From positions 1 to 31,958 of the IMG/VR virus record IMGVR_UViG_3300008961_000010: DNA of 31,958 nt, one strand, 5' to 3'. How positions within the stretch are numbered: the stretch's first letter is position 1; each line of letters begins with the position of its first letter. The translations under genes and the position numbers were made by a program. Below the pieces are notes generated by a model, which worked only from the letters and a program-made list of their open reading frames with translations, searched no databases and was not told where the DNA came from. The stretch is from a virus. Lineage: Duplodnaviria > Caudoviricetes. Positions 27,901 to 31,958 of this stretch are shown here, one piece after another.

Positions 27901-29634
27901 TGATTCTTTGATTTGCTTATTTAATTTTGCTAAATTGTTTCTAGCCGCCAAAGCATTAAAGTCGCCAATCATCTCATAAGTCTTGTTTGGTCCTCTACCG
28001 CCTCCAAATGCCCCAGAATTTTGTGTTCCTGGTTCTGATATTTTGAAATGTGTGATTAGTTCTTCAAACGACATATCGCCAAACTTTGATTCAAAATCTT
28101 CTTCAACCTCAAACTTTGTCTTTTTTTCATCGCTAAGTCCACCTATTGCTTCGAGTATTTTATCTTTATAAGTGCCTGAGTTCGTCTTGAGTGCGTTCTT
28201 GTATTTCGTCCAGTTCTGTTCTTCAGCAACATAAGCCGCGTTTGCCTCTTTAAATGCCTCTGTTGCCGCATTAATGGCCTGGTTGTGTGCTTCGGTCCTT
28301 TTCTTGCCGTCCTCTGTGTCTTGCATGAAGTCAACATTTTTCCAAGAGTCAGTAGGTTCCAAATACACCTTTGTCAATTCTGCTTGTAATGAAATATTGA
28401 AATCTAACACTTGGTCATTATTTCCAGTGAACAGATAATCGTATTTTTTATGAACGTGTCCATCTTCAAATATTTCTACTGTATTCGATTTGTTGTTTTT
28501 TATCTTTACGAAATGGTCAGTCATATTCTGTTGAATCAGTTTTTTCTGATAATCTATGTGATATATAACCTTATATGATTGGACTCCTTTAATTGGATTA
28601 AATCCGTCTGGCTTTAATTCTAAATGAGGAGTAATTTGAAGTACTTTGGTATATCCCGGCGTATCATCAGTCAATTCTTTTCTCAAATCATCAGCGTGTA
28701 GACATATCTCCTCTATCTCCTGATATATGCTTTGTCCTGGCATCATTGTCCCAATTGGCTCAGCATTATTTTTACCCACCAAATTCATATTTTTCTGCTT
28801 TTCGGTTGATGTAAACAATGTTTTGTCCTTGTCAATTGGACTTGCTCCAAAGGCCTCTTTAAACTGGTCAGAAAGCACAATACTGTACTCGTTTTTTAAC
28901 TCTTCAGCGAGGTATTGATTTTCATTTTTAATCATTTGGTTAAGAGATGTTTGAAATGCTTCGAGCGTTTCAGATAAATTGCCATCTATAAGATACTCAA
29001 AATTAAATTCCACCCTAGATATATGGCTATCCATTACGGCTTCATCCATTGCGGCTTGTCCTGTTAGGACCGTGGTTGTTCCTCTAGCATCAGTAGATGT
29101 ACTTACATTGTTATAATTTCTGAGTTTGAATGGGAATACTTTTGTTTGTGGCAATTTTTCTTGTACTTTGCCATTTTCTTTATCACCTAGAAGATTTATC
29201 TTTATAAAGTATACTGCTTCTGAAATAGATTTAAATCCACACAACGCTATCGCATTTTGAATCGAATCTGCTAAACTTGTGTTTCCAACTTGAGTACACG
29301 TAAACTCAAGTTTATCTGCCGTTCCAGCAACCCTACTGTAATTTGAATTTCCAGAACCAACAGACTCTATAGATAAATTTGTTATATTAAATTCTGTAGT
29401 GTATCCTGTTTTTGCAATTGTTACATATTTCGTGTCTAAAGACGGCCACTCATCATTAACAATCTGTTTAATCATGGATGTTTCTGCTGCCTGAAATCTT
29501 GCTGTTTCGGTTTTGTCAACAACGAACCATTCTAGCGAATATGTATAACTATGATAGTCATCAAGCGGATTGGGTATAAACCCACTCTCATACTCTTTTA
29601 TTAAACTTCTTAAGTTGCCTGCGTTGCCTATCAT
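24937..29634 (-). CDS. Large baseplate hub-like protein (1565 aa) with coiled-coil insertion and long C-terminal extension
   Basis: Lies between the gp53-like and gp5-like genes. NPLDDYHSYTY, KKYDYLFTGNNDQVLDFNI, MTIKGDPFWI and YAVKSIVSDFSNGIFTQTLSM resemble the gp27/gpD hub pattern. Confidence 0.6.
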   Translation of the reverse strand: MIGNAGNLRSLIKEYESGFIPNPLDDYHSYTYSLEWFVVDKTETARFQAAETSMIKQIVNDEWPSLDTKYVTIAKTGYTTEFNITNLSIESVGSGNSNYSRVAGTADKLEFTCTQVGNTSLADSIQNAIALCGFKSISEAVYFIKINLLGDKENGKVQEKLPQTKVFPFKLRNYNNVSTSTDARGTTTVLTGQAAMDEAVMDSHISRVEFNFEYLIDGNLSETLEAFQTSLNQMIKNENQYLAEELKNEYSIVLSDQFKEAFGASPIDKDKTLFTSTEKQKNMNLVGKNNAEPIGTMMPGQSIYQEIEEICLHADDLRKELTDDTPGYTKVLQITPHLELKPDGFNPIKGVQSYKVIYHIDYQKKLIQQNMTDHFVKIKNNKSNTVEIFEDGHVHKKYDYLFTGNNDQVLDFNISLQAELTKVYLEPTDSWKNVDFMQDTEDGKKRTEAHNQAINAATEAFKEANAAYVAEEQNWTKYKNALKTNSGTYKDKILEAIGGLSDEKKTKFEVEEDFESKFGDMSFEELITHFKISEPGTQNSGAFGGGRGPNKTYEMIGDFNALAARNNLAKLNKQIKESRTKIKKLGETRDEASEFLSSEEGRINTEIQDTAATLVLGDKIDGYKDATEKLFKRLREEEGTKGIILAEELGDDYITTMSNDDFRTILTAQAQNPIKFQRKIFKDKDDKAKLVSQGAKDKDVFENAQEKYYEAKSGLLSMFYADMTIKGDPFWIEGYMPAKTKKDLFGNSGTNTIIPPVSTQLNGFPYVVIESGKARGTDNYDNVIVESMILSLYAVKSIVSDFSNGIFTQTLSMVKEPSAEFFPNVPIEEEVEEVGDKDGWADDGSKIRNGGTEIEVYGNLGDGEKTKVPLSADQQLAVDMAFHNHMEANKSWDYEAHRYESPELPPEETFVDKVKRSWNSLGNSVDKFLVDKDTLASVVNTQIDDADLNDTLAANAHNPNGILGRHDNPLADNSARMLAANNFLVNQERLGDLCKATPGSDACVQQRASINNLLATVPGLSSEDYGTATARFKVEEYLNDVLADPLTNPDFILTRPEVAAYQVAVAQGSLDITGHDREDVETWVEKYTGERTPNIILDEIKAGTYGSVNNQIQGAIVSNNILTTPTSLVNEEVKEVLSSVPEYTWTKKKYLEQINNPNSNNDWKNTHWFKAKVDEVVTSERVFNPDTRRLELKKINEKTLTIGEANDVNMLAGEINTILENTDIDEAAAAQWYQRSSDALDKELIEKNLTMDEESRTAMNDAMLKKISTTTRIDSMLEKDWEDVKGYVNGINSIENYTNSGIRGDLTGAIRNIELGSELDTLVTEADELNKNLDGYYFDNSQRKDDLKTLEDVEHEIAQKFLNQSDTTTTAVRTLEVEGVKEFVTVVEANETIEVAKQPLLIKQALPLDTTEIIMPGSLRDKINNAGVTTDWAMMNSDKLSQYNEARKMYELITSKNHGELINVTDVENGDFTIKNWNNIGDLTYIDAAGESITIPNTSKYFEIYSDTLNQDYRNPDFDKLKVKIADLFPAVEVGDMTDPSFVTIFPDGYKAEGKRTVFYLDSNK

Positions 29635-29637
29635 TGC

Positions 29638-29928
29638 TTACACCATGTTACTAATGTTGTCTATATTTGGAATTCTAATTTTAGTTCCTGCAGAAAAATC
29701 TCTAATAGGGTCAACTATATTATTAGGATTTCTGGCAGCAAATATCCACCAATACTTTGCAGTACCATACATCTCATAACTGCATAAATCCGGACGCTCA
29801 TCAAACTCTGCTGGAATTGTGTATTCAATATCATATGGGTCAGGATACAAGTTTCTGAATGTGATTACATCTAATATCGTATTATCAATTATATTTGTTT
29901 TACTCCATGGGGAATTTTTCTTATACAT
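29638..29928 (-). CDS. gp53: Baseplate wedge protein, gp53-like (LysM-like)
   Basis: ERPDLCSYEMYGTAKYWWIFAARN..IVDP..DF.AG..IRIP signature. Confidence 0.82.
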   Translation of the reverse strand: MYKKNSPWSKTNIIDNTILDVITFRNLYPDPYDIEYTIPAEFDERPDLCSYEMYGTAKYWWIFAARNPNNIVDPIRDFSAGTKIRIPNIDNISNMV

Positions 29929-30544
29929 AGCCTTGGTCCTTTAATTTTCCTGCGAGATAATCTTTAACACTGAAATTTTCTCTTATACTCTTAGGTGAAT
30001 ATGTAACACTTAGTGATATAACAAACGTATTCATGACTGGAACTCTTACAGTTTTATCTGAGTAGGTGTAACCTGTCTCTACATAATCTATATCTGAGTC
30101 TAGGTTCCAAGTAAAGTCACGAATAACACAAGGTACATTTTCATATATTCCGTGTGCGTTAAATCTCAATATCGGTGGTGGCTGACCAGGATTATCATCA
30201 TTTGCCCATTCCATTTTCATTGTACTTCTAAGCCAAAGCGCCGCATTATTGACATATTCGGCTTCTGCTTCACTTCTTACAAGCATTGGAGCAGTGATGT
30301 TGAGGTCCATATTTGCGTGACTTTGAAACGCTCTTTGTTGAAAGTTGCTGTGGTCGAAACTATACTCGTTATAATTTGCAGTTTGAATAACCGAAATCGT
30401 AGGAGTAAACGGAAAGTTAAGTCTTGTGTTGCCCACTCCGTATTGGTTTCTTGGACCTTCAAACTCATTAGTCAAGATATTGTTAAATCTACCACTAGGG
30501 TCTTCTAAATACACTGGTTGTTTTGTATAATATGGGGTTGCCAT
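29921..30544 (-). CDS. Tail tube initiator / baseplate-tube cap-like protein (gp48/gp54-like)
   Basis: FPFTPTI..Q.ANY and GQPPPILRF...NVPCVIRDF...DIDYV tube-fold pattern; first gene of the late operon, upstream of the LysM gene; AGGAG SD. Confidence 0.65.
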   Translation of the reverse strand: MATPYYTKQPVYLEDPSGRFNNILTNEFEGPRNQYGVGNTRLNFPFTPTISVIQTANYNEYSFDHSNFQQRAFQSHANMDLNITAPMLVRSEAEAEYVNNAALWLRSTMKMEWANDDNPGQPPPILRFNAHGIYENVPCVIRDFTWNLDSDIDYVETGYTYSDKTVRVPVMNTFVISLSVTYSPKSIRENFSVKDYLAGKLKDQGYV

Positions 30545-30570
30545 AACATTACTCCTAAATCATTATAACA

Positions 30571-30602
30571 GTATTTATCGTTGTATTATATGCGAACTTT
30601 TT
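30571..30602 (-). promoter_or_regulatory. Late promoter GATAAATA (30579-30572) with conserved upstream element
   Basis: Minus strand AAAAAGTTCGCATATAATACAACGATAAATAC, ending 26 nt before the ATG at 30544. Confidence 0.7.
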
Positions 30603-30639
30603 AAAATTTACTATTTTTTTCTATATATAGTGTATTAGC

Positions 30640-30671
30640 ACTTGACAACCGTCAAGTTTTTATGTTATAAT
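30640..30671 (+). promoter_or_regulatory. Consensus sigma70 promoter of gp55 (TTGACA-N18-TATAAT, extended TG) overlapped by the inverted repeat ACTTGAC-aacc-GTCAAGT
   Basis: TTGACA 30642-30647, TG 30663-30664, TATAAT 30666-30671, then AGGAG and the ATG at 30698. Confidence 0.8.
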
Positions 30672-30697
30672 TGGTATTAAATTAGGAGAAATATACT

Positions 30698-31567
30698 ATG
30701 GCAAGACGACAAAACTATTTAAATAACAAAGATATGTTGAAACAAATACATATTTCTAAGTCAAACTATTCTTGGTTCGAAGATAGAGACAAACACCACC
30801 AGCATGATATTATTCTGTATTCAACTAAAGAAATTGCTGATTCTGTGGAACAAGCAAGACAAAATAAAGCAAAACGCTTACAAAAATTGGCTTGGGATGC
30901 GAATGATGACAAGAAATTAAAGCAAGTAGATTTTGAAGTTGACCCTACTTCTTTCACCGAAGACGAAATTGTCTTTCGTGTGATGACATTCGAACATATT
31001 CCAGATGAACCTGGACGTAAAGCAAATCCTAAAACTGTCGCTGACCATAAAGTAAAATTGCCATTTCCTTCATTCAAGCACTATACATTTGTAGATGGAA
31101 AACTTAACGAAGTAGGAATATCGCATCATAATAAAGAGAAAGAATTTGATTTAAGTGCTGGTAAAATTACCGCGGTATTGGCAACGATGTATATCAAACT
31201 AGTAGAAAGATACTCTCAGAGGTCAAACTGGCGAGGATACACATACATTGACGAAATGCGTGGTCAAGCATTGCTACAATTAGCACAGATTGGATTACAG
31301 TTTAATGAAGATAAGAGTGATAATCCATTTGCTTACTACACAACAGTAGTGAATAATTCATTCACTCGTGTTCTTAACATAGAAAAGAAAAATCAAGGCA
31401 TACGTGATGACTTGCTCGAAAAAGCAGGACAGGCGCCAAGTTGGACAAGACAATTGGCACACGAAATGAAATCTCAGGAGCGTTGGCAGAAAGTCGTCAA
31501 AACAAAAATTACAGACGATGCTATTCCAACAGAAACCATTAAAGAGATTTATGCCGACAATGACTAA
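30698..31567 (+). CDS. gp55: Sigma factor for late transcription, T4 gp55-like
   Basis: NYLNNKDML N-terminus and RSNWRGYTYIDEM...FNEDKSDNPFAYYT....NSF.RVLNIEKK. Immediately upstream of gp47, matching the T4 55-47-46 order. Confidence 0.88.
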   Translation: MARRQNYLNNKDMLKQIHISKSNYSWFEDRDKHHQHDIILYSTKEIADSVEQARQNKAKRLQKLAWDANDDKKLKQVDFEVDPTSFTEDEIVFRVMTFEHIPDEPGRKANPKTVADHKVKLPFPSFKHYTFVDGKLNEVGISHHNKEKEFDLSAGKITAVLATMYIKLVERYSQRSNWRGYTYIDEMRGQALLQLAQIGLQFNEDKSDNPFAYYTTVVNNSFTRVLNIEKKNQGIRDDLLEKAGQAPSWTRQLAHEMKSQERWQKVVKTKITDDAIPTETIKEIYADND

Positions 31568-31958
31568 TAATCTATTCAAAAAAGCCGCATGTTTTACAGA
31601 TATCCATTGGGGTATGAAGAACAATGCGAAACAACACAACGAAGATTGTTTAGATTTCGTTGATTGGTTTATCGAGGACGCCAAGAAAAGAGATTGCGAA
31701 ACTTGTATATTCTTAGGAGACTGGCATCACAACAGGTCAAGTCTAAACATATCAACTATGAAATATAGTCTTGCTGGTCTACGTAGACTAAGCAAAGCAT
31801 TCGAAAAAGTTTATGTTATCCTAGGCAACCACGATTTATTTTACCGTGAGACACGTGACGTAAACTCCATGGAATTTATTGATGATTTACCTAATGTAGT
31901 GCTAGTAAGAGATACACTCATAGAGGGCGATGTCGGTATTGTACCATGGTTAGTCGGT
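31560..31958 (+). CDS. gp47: Recombination endonuclease subunit, T4 gp47 / Mre11 / SbcD-like (3' truncated)
   Basis: Not in the ORF track; translated by hand. MTNNLFKKAACFTDIHWG...FLGDWHHNR...ILGNHDLFY...VPW shows the metallophosphoesterase motifs DxH, GDxxH and GNHD. Open to the window end and overlaps the end of gp55 by 8 nt. Confidence 0.92.
   Translation, partial: MTNNLFKKAACFTDIHWGMKNNAKQHNEDCLDFVDWFIEDAKKRDCETCIFLGDWHHNRSSLNISTMKYSLAGLRRLSKAFEKVYVILGNHDLFYRETRDVNSMEFIDDLPNVVLVRDTLIEGDVGIVPWLVG

Noticed and set aside
29632-29640. Programmed read-through at in-frame junctions (gp53-hub TAA GCA ATG; also GT-radical SAM TAA ATG)
   Set aside because: One in three junctions is in frame by chance, TAA is the least leaky stop, and the downstream genes have their own ATG.
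17647-30544. Bacterial extracellular contractile injection system, T6SS or tailocin locus
   Set aside because: The adjacent gp55 and gp47 genes, T4-type late promoters and T4-like gp6/gp53 point to a lytic phage genome.
30621-30630. Palindrome CTATATATAG
   Set aside because: Low-complexity TA run in an AT-rich gap, with no second copy noticed.
1333-31567. Possible stop-codon reassignment: none of the 18 complete CDSs ends in TAG (15 TAA, 3 TGA)
   Set aside because: All genes are intact under the standard code and tile the window, so no in-frame TAG needs decoding. Low TAG use is expected in AT-rich genomes.
2063-31684. Numerous short (60-144 aa) ORFs in the track that overlap long genes, mostly antisense
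   Set aside because: They lie within or across well-supported CDSs, have no recognisable motifs, and read like antisense or off-frame shadows.
1-31958. tRNA/ncRNA genes, introns, inteins and intrinsic terminators
   Set aside because: Intergenic gaps are at most ~155 bp and are explained by promoters and SD sites. I saw no cloverleaf, GC-rich hairpin with U-tract, or intein/homing endonuclease motif by eye.

Overview
This AT-rich, gene-dense window comes from a large T4-related (jumbo-type) myovirus, not a cellular genome. Most of it is a minus-strand late module for tail and baseplate morphogenesis. In transcription order: tube-cap/initiator-like protein, gp53-like LysM protein, 1565-aa hub-like protein, gp5-like spike, a degenerate GH24 lysozyme-fold protein, gp25, gp6, a 3083-aa wedge protein, a 219-aa structural protein and two paralogous fibre-like proteins. 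A translationally coupled cluster follows directly, with three GT-A-type glycosyltransferase-like genes, two hypotheticals and a radical SAM gene cut by the window edge. A host-like clpP sits in the opposite orientation inside the baseplate module. The right end holds the divergent gp55 late sigma factor and the start of gp47 (Mre11/SbcD-like nuclease). The most notable observations: (i) 'Russian-doll' nested domain insertions of two unrelated repeat families in virion proteins; (ii) a candidate virion glycosylation/modification cassette with its own sigma70 promoter; (iii) a conserved upstream element at two late promoters, alongside an enlarged gp55; (iv) an apparently catalytically dead baseplate lysozyme. 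All family calls come from motif recognition by eye; no database searches were run.
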